A DNA stretch of 64,000 nucleotides from NCBI GenBank assembly GCA_036375075.1, contig DASUSN010000135.1:11881-75880 (forward strand), given 5' to 3'. How positions within the stretch are numbered: the stretch's first letter is position 1; each line of letters starts with the position of its first letter. The notes beneath the pieces were generated by a model, which was given only the letters and a program-made list of their open reading frames with translations, did no database searches and was not told the DNA's origin. Both the position numbers and the translations under genes were made by a program. This stretch comes from Thermoanaerobaculia bacterium. GTDB lineage: Bacteria > Acidobacteriota > Thermoanaerobaculia > Gp7-AA8. Below are positions 12,881-21,714 of this stretch, in pieces.

Positions 12881-13531
12881 TCACTGGATGATCGATTCGG
12901 GACGCGCGAGGCGCTGCTGCGCGTAGAGGTAGAAGACCGCCGCGGCGACGGCGAGGACGAGGTTCTGCTGCGCGAAGTCGATGTAGTCGCCGAGCACCAT
13001 CCGGCCCTCGGGCATCTCCGTCGGCGGGTGGATGGGGTTGGAGAAGAGCCACGGCAGGAAGACCAGGCACGTGCCGTAGGTCGCGAAGACGACGCCGACG
13101 GCGCTCTTCAGACGCAGCGTCCAGTTGAGCGTCGCGGCGGTGAGAAAGGCCACGACGAACACGACCTGCACGAGCGGGCCGGAGAGCGGAAAGTCGTGCG
13201 TGAGCGCGGTGGCGAGCAGGAGGACCAGCCAACCCTGCGCGATCATCAGCACGGCCACGGCGGCAACGCGGCGCTCGAAGTAGAAGCGCACGCCGGGCGA
13301 CGTCAGCGCGAGGTCGAGGGTGCCGGAGCGGCGCTCGACGGCGACCGCGTCGGCCATCAGCGGCACGCCGAGGACCAGGATGGGCAGCAGGAACGACGGG
13401 ATCCAGAAATCGCGTCCGCTGCCGCTGCCGCCGAGGAAGGTGGCGTTGACACCGGCCAGGAGGAAGAAGGCGTCGATGCACGCGAACAGGGCGGCGCGGC
13501 GCTCGGTGAGGAGCGCGAGCGACATGCGCAT
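12881..13531 (-). CDS. ABC-2 type transporter permease (about 216 aa)
   Basis: This is the C-terminal part of shadow ORF 12881..16189. ATG 13531 gives MRMSLALL; an alternative GTG at 13552 overlaps the upstream stop as GTGA. It has the ABC-2 motif ERRSGTLDLALTSP and about 6 hydrophobic segments. Confidence 0.75.
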   Translation of the reverse strand: MRMSLALLTERRAALFACIDAFFLLAGVNATFLGGSGSGRDFWIPSFLLPILVLGVPLMADAVAVERRSGTLDLALTSPGVRFYFERRVAAVAVLMIAQGWLVLLLATALTHDFPLSGPLVQVVFVVAFLTAATLNWTLRLKSAVGVVFATYGTCLVFLPWLFSNPIHPPTEMPEGRMVLGDYIDFAQQNLVLAVAAAVFYLYAQQRLARPESIIQ

Positions 13532-13548
13532 GCGTGCGAGGGCCGCGC

Positions 13549-16221
13549 TCACGAGGCACCTCGATACTCGACGGATTCGGTGAGACCGATGCGCGAGACG
13601 CGGTAACAGACGCGGTCGGGATCGAGCTGCAGCACGCGCGGCGCGTGCTGCGCGGAGATGACGAAGGGCACGGCCTGGGCGGAGTCGATGCGGAGCACGC
13701 GCTTGATCGCGCCGTGCTCGGTGCGCAGGACGACCGGGCAGAAGACCTCGCCGGTGCCTTCGTTGCGCAGCGTGCCGCGCACTTCCCAGCCGCCCGCCGC
13801 GCGCGTGAAGGTCACGTTCTCGAAGCTGAGCTGGGGCAGGGCCTCGCCGTCGAAGTAGTCGCGGTAGAAGCGATCGAGGTCGGCGTTCGCGCGTTTGGCG
13901 ATGGCGTCGAGGAGCTGGCGCCCGTTGCCTTCGCCCGGCATCTTCACGAAGTCGCCGATGCCCGCGGCCACGCGGTCCGCGCCGACGCGGTATTCGAGCT
14001 CGGCGAGGACCGCACGGAGCCTCGCCTGCGGCACGGCGCCGTTGCCGAGACGAAGGAGCGGATCGGTCGAGGGATGGCGGGAGACCGTGGCGTCGCGGGA
14101 CGAGCCGCCGAGGCGTGCGCGCGCGGCTTCGGCGTAGAAGCTCGTGAAGAACCAGCGCTCGGACGAAAGGACCGGACGGCGGCCGAGGAGGGCGCTGGAG
14201 ACCATCGACGCGGCGATGGCCCCGGGGGGGATGGGCTGGTGACGGATGAACATCGTCTCGGGGACCAGATAGAGGACGCCGCTGGAGCGGATGTCGGTCT
14301 CGTCGTCGCGCCATGGAATGCGCTCGCCGGGCTTCGTGGGGCGCTCGACGAAGACGCCTTTCGCTTCGATGACGCCGGGCCAGGCGCGCTCGGCGAGGGC
14401 CATCGCTTCGGTCAGCGCGGGGGCATGCGTGCGGGCAAGGGCTTCGTGGGGGCCGAGGTGGAGGAGCGTGGTGCCCGGCGCCAGCGGCATCGCGCGGAGG
14501 TGCGCGGCGGCGACGGTGTACGACGCGAGCGGGAGCGTGCAGCGTTTGCGCAGCACGCGGCCGGTGCTGCCGCAGGAATCGGCAGCGGGGAGCGAGGTGC
14601 GCAGGTCGGTCTCGATGATTGCGGGTGGGTCGTTGGGCGTCGCGTAGCGCGGCACGAGGGTGATGTCGCTCGCGGCGAGAAGCATGCGGTCCCGCGAGGC
14701 CGCGGGAACGATGCGCGAGCGGGAGAGGTCGCTCAGCTCGACGGTCGTGGTGGCGCGGAGGTAGCGGGCGTAGAGGTTCTTGAAGGGGCCGGCGCCCCGG
14801 AGGGAGAAGTCGATGGTGTCGGGGGTGCCGGAGATGTCGAAGTGCAGCGTACGGCTCTGGCCGGGTTGGATCGGCTGCGCGAGCTCGATCGTGACGTGAT
14901 CCCACGAGCGACGGATGTCCAATGTAGGGCGTGGCTTCAGCCCGCCCCCCGGTGCGCCGGTGCGGTCTCCGTGAAGGGGCCGTTCGCCCCGGGGGGGCGG
15001 GCTGAAGCCACGCCCTACATTGAACTGCAGCGCCAGCGCCGGGTGGAGCCTGAACGCCAGGTGCGATTCCGGGCGCGCTCCGCGGTTCTCGATCGCCAGC
15101 GTCGTGCGCGTACGCACTTCGCGGCCGAGGGTGCCTTCGACGCGGATCGAGCGCACCACGAGGGACTCGCTCATCGGCGCCGGCTCGCGCACCTCGGACG
15201 CATACCGCTGCGCGGCGAGCTCCTTGAAGCGCGACTCGCGCGCGAGGAGGGCGGCGAACGACGCGGCGGCGAGAGCGAGGGCCGCGAGGAACAGCAGCAC
15301 GTCGGCGCGCTGGCGGCCGGCGTCGAGGGCGTACTCCTCGCGCACGCGGTTGATGGCGCGGAGGAAGGTGCGCAGCGGATGGTCTTCGCGGATGCGCCAC
15401 GGACGGATGTCGCGCCTGGTGCGGCGAAGGAACGCGGGGGCGACGCCGAGCAGCGCGACCGCGGCGGCGAAGGTCATCATTGCGCCGGGCAGCATTGCGT
15501 CGAACGCGGCCTCGACGGGCCAGCCGCTCTCCGAGACCACGGGCAGCGACCAGTAGCCGCGCACGGTCCACACCAGCTCCTGGATCGCGCGCTCGTCGAA
15601 GGAGAGGAAGCGTCCCGGCCCGTCGAGCTTGCGGTGCGCGTACGCGAGGACGTCCTGCAGCGCGCCGAGCGCCAGCGGCAGGGCTGCGGCGAAGCCGAGG
15701 ATGGCCAGGATGGGGCGGCCGGTGATCGTGCCGAGGGCGAGCATCGCCGCGGAGACCGCGAGGAGCACCGGCAGCACCTGCAGCAGCCAGGTCCAGACGA
15801 ACGGCATCAGGCCCGCCGGCGACCGCTGGGCGTGTACGGCGAGCGCCGCGCCGGCGAGCTGCGGAAGGAAGGTCACGGGCACGGCCAGGACGACGATCGC
15901 GAGCCAGCGGTGCAGCACGTAGCCGGCCGCGCTGAGCGGCGCGAGGGAGACCACGGCGAACGAGCTCTCCTCGCGCTCGCGGGTGATGGCGTCGATGGCC
16001 ACCGCGCCGGCGAAGAGGGTGGTGAACAGCGGCTGGAAGAGCATCAGCGCGGCGGCGTAGCTCGCGGGGCCGACGACGTATTCGGCGCGCGCGGCGACGA
16101 TCTTCACCACCACCGCGGGCGCCGCCGCGAGCGCGACGTAGGCGACCGCCGCCAGCCGGAAGCGCGCGGCGCGCACCTGCGTGAGCCACTCGTGCGCGAG
16201 GAAAGCGCGGAAGAGCGTCAT
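13549..16221 (-). CDS. ABC-2 permease fused to an M1-aminopeptidase-like extracytoplasmic domain (no intact HExxH seen)
   Basis: 890 aa. The N-terminal multi-TM region carries the ITREREESSF motif, followed by a large soluble C-terminal domain. HEALA occupies the position where HExxH would be expected. Its start overlaps the ATPase stop by 4 nt. Confidence 0.75.
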   Translation of the reverse strand: MTLFRAFLAHEWLTQVRAARFRLAAVAYVALAAAPAVVVKIVAARAEYVVGPASYAAALMLFQPLFTTLFAGAVAIDAITREREESSFAVVSLAPLSAAGYVLHRWLAIVVLAVPVTFLPQLAGAALAVHAQRSPAGLMPFVWTWLLQVLPVLLAVSAAMLALGTITGRPILAILGFAAALPLALGALQDVLAYAHRKLDGPGRFLSFDERAIQELVWTVRGYWSLPVVSESGWPVEAAFDAMLPGAMMTFAAAVALLGVAPAFLRRTRRDIRPWRIREDHPLRTFLRAINRVREEYALDAGRQRADVLLFLAALALAAASFAALLARESRFKELAAQRYASEVREPAPMSESLVVRSIRVEGTLGREVRTRTTLAIENRGARPESHLAFRLHPALALQFNVGRGFSPPPRGERPLHGDRTGAPGGGLKPRPTLDIRRSWDHVTIELAQPIQPGQSRTLHFDISGTPDTIDFSLRGAGPFKNLYARYLRATTTVELSDLSRSRIVPAASRDRMLLAASDITLVPRYATPNDPPAIIETDLRTSLPAADSCGSTGRVLRKRCTLPLASYTVAAAHLRAMPLAPGTTLLHLGPHEALARTHAPALTEAMALAERAWPGVIEAKGVFVERPTKPGERIPWRDDETDIRSSGVLYLVPETMFIRHQPIPPGAIAASMVSSALLGRRPVLSSERWFFTSFYAEAARARLGGSSRDATVSRHPSTDPLLRLGNGAVPQARLRAVLAELEYRVGADRVAAGIGDFVKMPGEGNGRQLLDAIAKRANADLDRFYRDYFDGEALPQLSFENVTFTRAAGGWEVRGTLRNEGTGEVFCPVVLRTEHGAIKRVLRIDSAQAVPFVISAQHAPRVLQLDPDRVCYRVSRIGLTESVEYRGAS
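14922..15020. repeat. Family-B palindromic repeat, in-frame in the permease/M1-like CDS
   Basis: atgtagggcgtggcttcagcccgcc ... ggcgggctgaagccacgccctacat; 99 bp (33 codons). The encoded peptide is VGRGFSPPPRGERPLHGDRTGAPGGGLKPRPT. Confidence 0.9.
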
Positions 16222-16952
16222 CGCGCGGCCTCCAGCTCGCGCGCGTACGCTTCCTCGAGCGTCTCGGCGCGGCCGTGCTTCGCCATCAACGCGCCGGGCG
16301 CGCCGTCGAAGACGAGCGTGCCGCCGGTGAGGACGCCCACGCGGTCGCAGGTGGCCTCGATGTCCTCGCAGATGTGCGTCGACAGGAGCACCGCTACCTC
16401 ATCCGACGCCTCGGCAATGAGATTGCGGAAGCGGATGCGCTCCTCCGGGTCCAGCCCCGCGGTGGGCTCGTCGATGACCAGCAGTTTCGGCGCGTGGATC
16501 AGGGCCTGGGCGATGCCGAGGCGGCGGCGCATGCCGCCGGAGTAGCCGCCGGCGGCGCGGCCGGCCGCGTCCTGGAGCTCCACCGCCTCGAGGAGCTGGC
16601 GCGCGCGGCGGTCGATCTCCTTCCGCGTCAATCCCACGGCCCGGATCCGCGCGCAGTGCACGAGGTACTCGAAACCGGTCAGGTGGCGGATGGGATGGAA
16701 GTCCTGCGGCAGATAGCCGATGGAGCGGCGGATCTCCGCGCGCGCCGCCGGTTGGGCCGGGTCCCGGCCGTCGTACGAGCGCGCGCCGGCGCTGGGCTCC
16801 ACGGCCAGGACGAGGATGGACAGGAGCGTGGTCTTGCCCGCGCCGTTGGGCCCGAGCAGGCCGAACATGCCCTCGCCGAGCGAGAGGTCGATCCCGCGGA
16901 GGGCAATGTGCCCATCCGACCAGGTCTTGGCGAGGCCGCGCAGCTCGATCAT
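16218..16952 (-). CDS. ABC transporter ATP-binding protein
   Basis: Internal ATG 16952 gives MIELRGLAKTW. Walker A GPNGAGKTT, signature YSGGMRRR, Walker B LLVIDEPT. Confidence 0.9.
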   Translation of the reverse strand: MIELRGLAKTWSDGHIALRGIDLSLGEGMFGLLGPNGAGKTTLLSILVLAVEPSAGARSYDGRDPAQPAARAEIRRSIGYLPQDFHPIRHLTGFEYLVHCARIRAVGLTRKEIDRRARQLLEAVELQDAAGRAAGGYSGGMRRRLGIAQALIHAPKLLVIDEPTAGLDPEERIRFRNLIAEASDEVAVLLSTHICEDIEATCDRVGVLTGGTLVFDGAPGALMAKHGRAETLEEAYARELEAAR

Positions 16953-16968
16953 GGTGTGCTTGATGATT

Positions 16969-16997
16969 AGTGTACTAATGCGATAATACAGTGTCAA
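16969..16997 (-). promoter_or_regulatory. Sigma70-like promoter for the ABC/RND operon
   Basis: The minus strand reads TTGACA (16997..16992), a 17-nt spacer, then TACACT (16974..16969). This sits 17 nt upstream of ATG 16952, in a short AT-rich gap. Confidence 0.5.
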
Positions 16998-17000
16998 GCA

Positions 17001-17111
17001 CCCCTGTCATCCTGAGCCGCGTAGACGGCGAAGGATCCCCCGATTTGCGCGCTGCTCGTGCTACCGGCAGGGGGTCCTTCGCCGCGCTTCGCCGGCTCAG
17101 GATGACAGGGG
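17001..17111. repeat. Family-A palindromic repeat (cctgtcatcctgagc...gctcaggatgacagg), about 110 bp
   Basis: cccctgtcatcctgagccgcgtagacggcgaaggatcccc ... ggggtccttcgccgcgcttcgccggctcaggatgacagggg. Further copies lie at 43067 and 53774. Confidence 0.9.
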
Positions 17112-17118
17112 AACCGGG

Positions 17119-19563
17119 CTATGTTCCGGCGTAGAGGACGAACGGCGCCCAGAACTGCGGGCGGCGGCCACGGCCCGTGCCGCGGACGAACTGCAGCTTG
17201 GCCTCGCGCAGCGCCACGGCCGGGTCTTTGCCCGCGCCGATGCCCGCGTACATGCGGTCCATCAGCCGCGGAGTCTCCGCGTCGTTGACTTCCCAGAGCG
17301 CGGCGATGACCTGGTCGGCGCCGGCCTTGAGAAAGGCCCACGCGAGACCGACCACGCCCTCCCCTTCATAGGTCCGCGTGCCGGCCCCGTGGCAACTGGA
17401 GATGGTCACGAGGCGCGCCGTGAGCGGGTGGCCGGCGACGTCGCGGGCGAGGAGCTTGTACTGCGCCGAGGGGTCGCGGGCGAGGATGACCGCGGAATCG
17501 AGGGGTCGCTTGCGCGTGGCCTCGCCGTGGGCGACGAAGTGCAGGTAGTCGAACTTCTCCGGCGCGGCGGACCGGTACGCGGCGGGTGTGGCGCTCGCGC
17601 CTTCCAGCACCTTCCGCCGCGCGAACCGCTTCGCGATCGCGCGCATCTCCTCGGCCGCGAACGGCAGCGGCAGATACGGCGCGGGCGAGGGCGCGTTGCC
17701 GACGAGCAGCAGCTGGGGCGCCGGGGCGGGCTTGCGCGCGGCGCGCGCGAGGAGCTGCAGCGAGCCGGCGTTCATGAGCACGACGTCCTCGATCCAGTAG
17801 CGCTGCGGCGACGGCGCGACGAGAGTCTCGAAGTTCAGCGCATGAAGGCGGCCGTCGGCGACGACGATCACGCGCGAGCCGTTCGGGATCGACGGGAGCG
17901 CCGGGCGGACGAGCATCTCGAAGAGCGCCTGCCCGCGCGCGCCGCTCATCTGCATCGACCCGCGCGGCCCGACGAGGTCTCGCGCATACGCCTCGGCCGC
18001 TTTCTCGATGGTGGTATCGGGCGGCAGCGTCTCGAGGCGGACGCCGTTCCTGGTGACGACCCACAGATACGAGCGATCGCGGCCGAGCCAGTAGCAGAGG
18101 ATGGTGGCGTCGTTCTGGCGTGCGATCGCCCGGGCGTCGAGCTCGGCGCGGACGCCCAGTCCTTCTTCGAGGAGCTGGGCGCGGCTGGTCTCGGTGACGG
18201 CGAGAGCATCCTCGACGCGGTTGGCGCGGACGAGGAAGTCGACGTACTGGCCGAAGATCTCGGCGCTGGTGTTGGCGAGCGAGAAGCGCAGGTCGGCGTT
18301 GGTGACCTCGGCGCCAGCCTCGGCCGCGGCGGCGATGGCGCGCCGGAACTGCGCCTCGGCGAGGTCGGGCCGGTTGGTGCGCACGTAAAGCTGGGCGAGC
18401 TCTCCGAGGGCCTCGGTCCGGGTGAGAGCGCGCTTGGTGTCGCGCAGGACCTCGGCGAGCAGCTTCGCCGCGTCGTCGTATTTGCGCTCCTCCACGACGA
18501 GGATGTGCGCGTCGAGGATGTACGAGCGCAGCTCGGCCTCGCGATCGTTCCGTTTGTGCTGCAGGGCCTCCCTGTTCAGGCGCCGGGCGTCGTCGAAACG
18601 GCCTGTCGCGATGGCGATGCGGGCGAGGTTGGCGAGCGCGAACCCGAGCTGCGTGTGACCCGTCTCGCGTGCGAGGGTGACGGCCTCTTCGTTGAACGCC
18701 TTGGCGCCGGCCCAGTCGCGCCGTTCCTCCCGGATGTTGCCGAGCTGAATGAGCCACGACACGCGAGTGCGCTTCGAGCCCAGGCGCCGGGCCGCCGCTT
18801 CCGCACTGGTGAACAACTGCAGCGCGGTCTCATAGTCGCCGAGCTCGCGGTAGGCCCAGCCGAGGTTGCCTTCGATCTGCTCGATCGTCTTGGCGATGCC
18901 GACGGCCCGCGCGAGGGTGAGGGCCTGCTCGCCCCACTCCACGGACTCGGCAAAGCGGCCGGCGGCCGCGAGCTCGAACGCGAGCGCGGCCATGGCCTTC
19001 GCTTCGACGGTCTTCCGGCGGTGCTGCCGGGCGAGGCGGATGGCCTCGCGGGCCTGCTGCTGGCGATCCTGCGGAGCGATGCGCGTGAGCGCGAAGTAGA
19101 TGTCGGCCAGAGCCGCGGGACGGCGCGCGGCGGCGAGCGCCCTCGCGGTCTCGAGGAGCTCGCGCGCCTCCGCGACTTTGTCCGTGCGGTTCAGCGCGAA
19201 GGCACGCATGACCGCGTGCTGGAACGCGGTCTCACTGGTGCGCAGAGACGGCGGCATCTCGAACGCGAGGACCTGGGCGGCGGTCTTCCAGTCGCCGAGG
19301 CCTTCGTACGCTTCGCCGCGCATCACGCGCAGCGCCCAGACGTCCTCGGAAGGGCGCGAGCCGAAGCGCTTCAGCGTGTCGTCGATGAGGGCCAGGGCGG
19401 CGGTGTAGTCGCCGCGGTCGATGGCGATGCGGGCGGCGCGGGCGGCGGCGCGCTCGGATGCGGGAGCTGATGGCTGTGACGCCATTGGCGCTGCCGGCGC
19501 TCCGAGTAAGACGAGCGCCAGCAGCGGCACGAGGATTCGTCTAAGGCTCGATCGGCGTCCCAT
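17119..19563 (-). CDS. TPR-repeat CHAT-domain (caspase-like) protease with an N-terminal export signal
   Basis: 814 aa. N-terminus MGRRSSLRRILVPLLALVLLGAPAAP. A long TPR-like region (ALALIDDTLKRF..., AYRELGDYETALQLF...) is followed by a C-terminal CHAT domain with DYLHFVAHGE (His) and LVTISSCHGAG (Cys). Confidence 0.9.
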   Translation of the reverse strand: MGRRSSLRRILVPLLALVLLGAPAAPMASQPSAPASERAAARAARIAIDRGDYTAALALIDDTLKRFGSRPSEDVWALRVMRGEAYEGLGDWKTAAQVLAFEMPPSLRTSETAFQHAVMRAFALNRTDKVAEARELLETARALAAARRPAALADIYFALTRIAPQDRQQQAREAIRLARQHRRKTVEAKAMAALAFELAAAGRFAESVEWGEQALTLARAVGIAKTIEQIEGNLGWAYRELGDYETALQLFTSAEAAARRLGSKRTRVSWLIQLGNIREERRDWAGAKAFNEEAVTLARETGHTQLGFALANLARIAIATGRFDDARRLNREALQHKRNDREAELRSYILDAHILVVEERKYDDAAKLLAEVLRDTKRALTRTEALGELAQLYVRTNRPDLAEAQFRRAIAAAAEAGAEVTNADLRFSLANTSAEIFGQYVDFLVRANRVEDALAVTETSRAQLLEEGLGVRAELDARAIARQNDATILCYWLGRDRSYLWVVTRNGVRLETLPPDTTIEKAAEAYARDLVGPRGSMQMSGARGQALFEMLVRPALPSIPNGSRVIVVADGRLHALNFETLVAPSPQRYWIEDVVLMNAGSLQLLARAARKPAPAPQLLLVGNAPSPAPYLPLPFAAEEMRAIAKRFARRKVLEGASATPAAYRSAAPEKFDYLHFVAHGEATRKRPLDSAVILARDPSAQYKLLARDVAGHPLTARLVTISSCHGAGTRTYEGEGVVGLAWAFLKAGADQVIAALWEVNDAETPRLMDRMYAGIGAGKDPAVALREAKLQFVRGTGRGRRPQFWAPFVLYAGT

Positions 19564-20395
19564 TCCCCTCGCCAGAACCGAGAGTCATTGAACCACCGGT
19601 CGGCGCGTCGTCCAAGCTCTCGCCGGGAGGACCATCCTGGTTCCTGAGGCTGAAGGCGATCGGCATGGCGCCTTCGCGCTGGGGAAGGCCGAAGTTGACC
19701 CGGATCAGATTCAGGCGGCGCCGCCCGGGCTTCAGCATCAGCTCCGCGAAACGGACGGTGCCGAGGCCGGGAACCGGGATCACCGGCGACCGCGGTGCAG
19801 GGTCGAGGCCTTCGATGGCGCCGACCAGGGAGCCCTGCACCGGTTTGCGCTCCGCCACCAGCCTCGCGAGCTCGTCGGGAGTGGCGTCGAAGCGGTTCGC
19901 CAGGGCGCCGCGCGTATCGGGCCCGCCTTTGCGGGACGGCACGAGCGCCTTGGCGAGGTCGTCATAGCGGGAGAGCGAAGCGAGGTGCGCGTCGAGTCTC
20001 GGGTGAACCCGCTTCCCGTCGATGCGGACGTCGCGGTAGAAAATGTCGATGTGGAAGGGGTGGTCGTCGCCGCCCTCGAAGCCGCGCGTGGACGTGACGG
20101 TGGAGCCCATCTCGGCGACGGTGATGCGGCCGAAGATGTTCACGTCTTTCATGAAGACGTAGGTCGAGGTGGTGAACTGCGCGTCCACGCCCCTTCCGGT
20201 CTGGCGACCGTAGACGCGCGTTTCGGCGTGCGAGAACGAGAGCTCCTGCGAGACATAGTTCGCGACGACGGAGCGTCCCTCGCCGCCCGTCGGCGCAAGA
20301 GCGACTGAAGCGAGACTGGGGATGGTGTACGTGACGGGGCCGCGCTCGATGATTCCTCCAGCGCCGAGCGCACTGGCGTTGTACGCGAAAAACAT
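19541..20395 (-). CDS. Hypothetical protein, 284 aa, no recognisable domain and no signal peptide
   Basis: Strong Shine-Dalgarno (SD) site: aaggagggagaa immediately before ATG 20395. Composition is protein-like. The 3' end overlaps the CHAT gene start by 23 nt. Confidence 0.75.
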   Translation of the reverse strand: MFFAYNASALGAGGIIERGPVTYTIPSLASVALAPTGGEGRSVVANYVSQELSFSHAETRVYGRQTGRGVDAQFTTSTYVFMKDVNIFGRITVAEMGSTVTSTRGFEGGDDHPFHIDIFYRDVRIDGKRVHPRLDAHLASLSRYDDLAKALVPSRKGGPDTRGALANRFDATPDELARLVAERKPVQGSLVGAIEGLDPAPRSPVIPVPGLGTVRFAELMLKPGRRRLNLIRVNFGLPQREGAMPIAFSLRNQDGPPGESLDDAPTGGSMTLGSGEGNGTPIEP

Positions 20396-20430
20396 TTCTC
20401 CCTCCTTGCGTGGACCGTTGCGTGAAGCGG

Positions 20431-21099
20431 TTAGCGACGTACGAGGAACCGGTACGTGGCGAGGTCGGTTTGCCTGCCGCCTTGGTCGAAGCCGACGATC
20501 ACCAGCTCATGAGCGCCCGCGGACAGGCCGCTGACGCTCAAAGACGTGGGCTCTCCATTGGGGTCCGGGGTCACGGGAACGGTGAGAGACGGGCCGCCGG
20601 GCCGCTGGATGCGCGCCTCGTAACGGGAGTACGCCGGATCGACGGGAACGTCGAGCACGAGGTCGTTCCGGACCTTGCCGTCCAGCACGGGAACGTCGCC
20701 GGCCCCGCGGGAGGCCTCGAGGAGGAACGAGTGCTGCCTCGTCTGTTCCACGGACGGACCCACGGACACCCCGGTTGCCGGGCGCAGGCGGAGGAGCAGC
20801 GGCGTGGTCACGGCGAGCACGAGCGCGGCGGCAACGGCGGCGGGAAGCCAGGCGGTGCGGCGGGGGCGGTGCTGGTCGAGACGCACGACCTTCGGCTCCT
20901 CGGGAGCGGCGGCTTCGCGGGCCATGCCGTGACCGCCGTTCATGAAGCGGAGACCGACGCGGAGCTCGTCCGCACAGTCGGCGCAGTCGAAAAAGTGCTC
21001 CTCGAAGGCGTCGGCCTCCGCGGCGGTGAGCTCGCCCAGGAGGTAGCGGTCGGTCGCGTAGGCGGCGGTAGCTTCTGAGTGGTCCATACCTTCTCTCAC
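20431..21099 (-). CDS. Anti-sigma factor, zf-HC2 (ZAS) type, single TM, with a periplasmic C-terminal domain
   Basis: H-x3-C-x2-C in EEHFFDCADCADEL; TM segment WLPAAVAAALVLAVTTPLLL. The GTG start at 21099 overlaps the sigma gene stop as GTGA. Confidence 0.85.
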   Translation of the reverse strand: MREGMDHSEATAAYATDRYLLGELTAAEADAFEEHFFDCADCADELRVGLRFMNGGHGMAREAAAPEEPKVVRLDQHRPRRTAWLPAAVAAALVLAVTTPLLLRLRPATGVSVGPSVEQTRQHSFLLEASRGAGDVPVLDGKVRNDLVLDVPVDPAYSRYEARIQRPGGPSLTVPVTPDPNGEPTSLSVSGLSAGAHELVIVGFDQGGRQTDLATYRFLVRR

Positions 21100-21689
21100 A
21101 CCTGTAGTGACGTAGGACCGCCAAACGTTTCAAAAATCGACATGCGGCCGCTTTTGCGGCGGAGATAGTGCGCTTTGAACTTCTCCTTGGCGCGGTGCAC
21201 GAGGACGCGGAGGTAGTCGCGCTCGACGCCGAAACGGCGGCAGATCTCGGCCTTGTCGGCCTCTTCGAGGAAGACGGCGCGGAGGATGGCGGAGTCGCGG
21301 TCGTCGAGCGTCTCGAGGACGCGGCGGACGCGGGCGCTGTTGCGGGCGCTGTCGAGCGCGGCGTCCATGCTGTCGTTCATGGCGATCTCGGACTGGTCGT
21401 CGAGAGACTCCGTCCGCCCCTCGGCGCGGTAGTACTCCATCAGCACGCGGTTGCAGATGGCGTTGACGAAAGCGCCGAGCTTGCGGGAGTCCTGAAGCTG
21501 CTCGAGGTTGGCGATGCAGCGGGTGAAGACTTCCTGGCGCACCTCGTCGATGGCCTCGAGCGTGCGCAGACGGCGGCGGAGCTTGAGCAGGAGGAGGTCG
21601 CGGAAATAGGCGTGGAAGTGCGCTGCCGTCTCCCGATCGCCCTCGCGCAAGCGCCGCACGTACTCGTCATCGAAGACGAACAGTTCCAT
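21096..21689 (-). CDS. ECF (sigma-70 family group 4) RNA polymerase sigma factor
   Basis: Internal ATG 21689 of ORF 21096..21875 gives MELFVFDDEYVRRL. Region 2-like EVRQEVFTRCI...FVNAICNRVLMEYYR; region 4-like DRDSAILRAVFLEEADKAEICRRFGVERDYLRVLVHRAKEKF. Confidence 0.85.
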   Translation of the reverse strand: MELFVFDDEYVRRLREGDRETAAHFHAYFRDLLLLKLRRRLRTLEAIDEVRQEVFTRCIANLEQLQDSRKLGAFVNAICNRVLMEYYRAEGRTESLDDQSEIAMNDSMDAALDSARNSARVRRVLETLDDRDSAILRAVFLEEADKAEICRRFGVERDYLRVLVHRAKEKFKAHYLRRKSGRMSIFETFGGPTSLQV

Positions 21690-21714
21690 TCTGGTGTCTT
21701 TGTACTTTACTACC

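Noticed and set aside
12881-16189. 1102-aa minus ORF and 1003-aa plus ORF (13534..16545)
   Set aside because: Only the last ~216 codons of 12881..16189 are protein-like (the ABC-2 permease). The remainder and the plus ORF are shadow frames of the 890-aa permease/M1-like gene.
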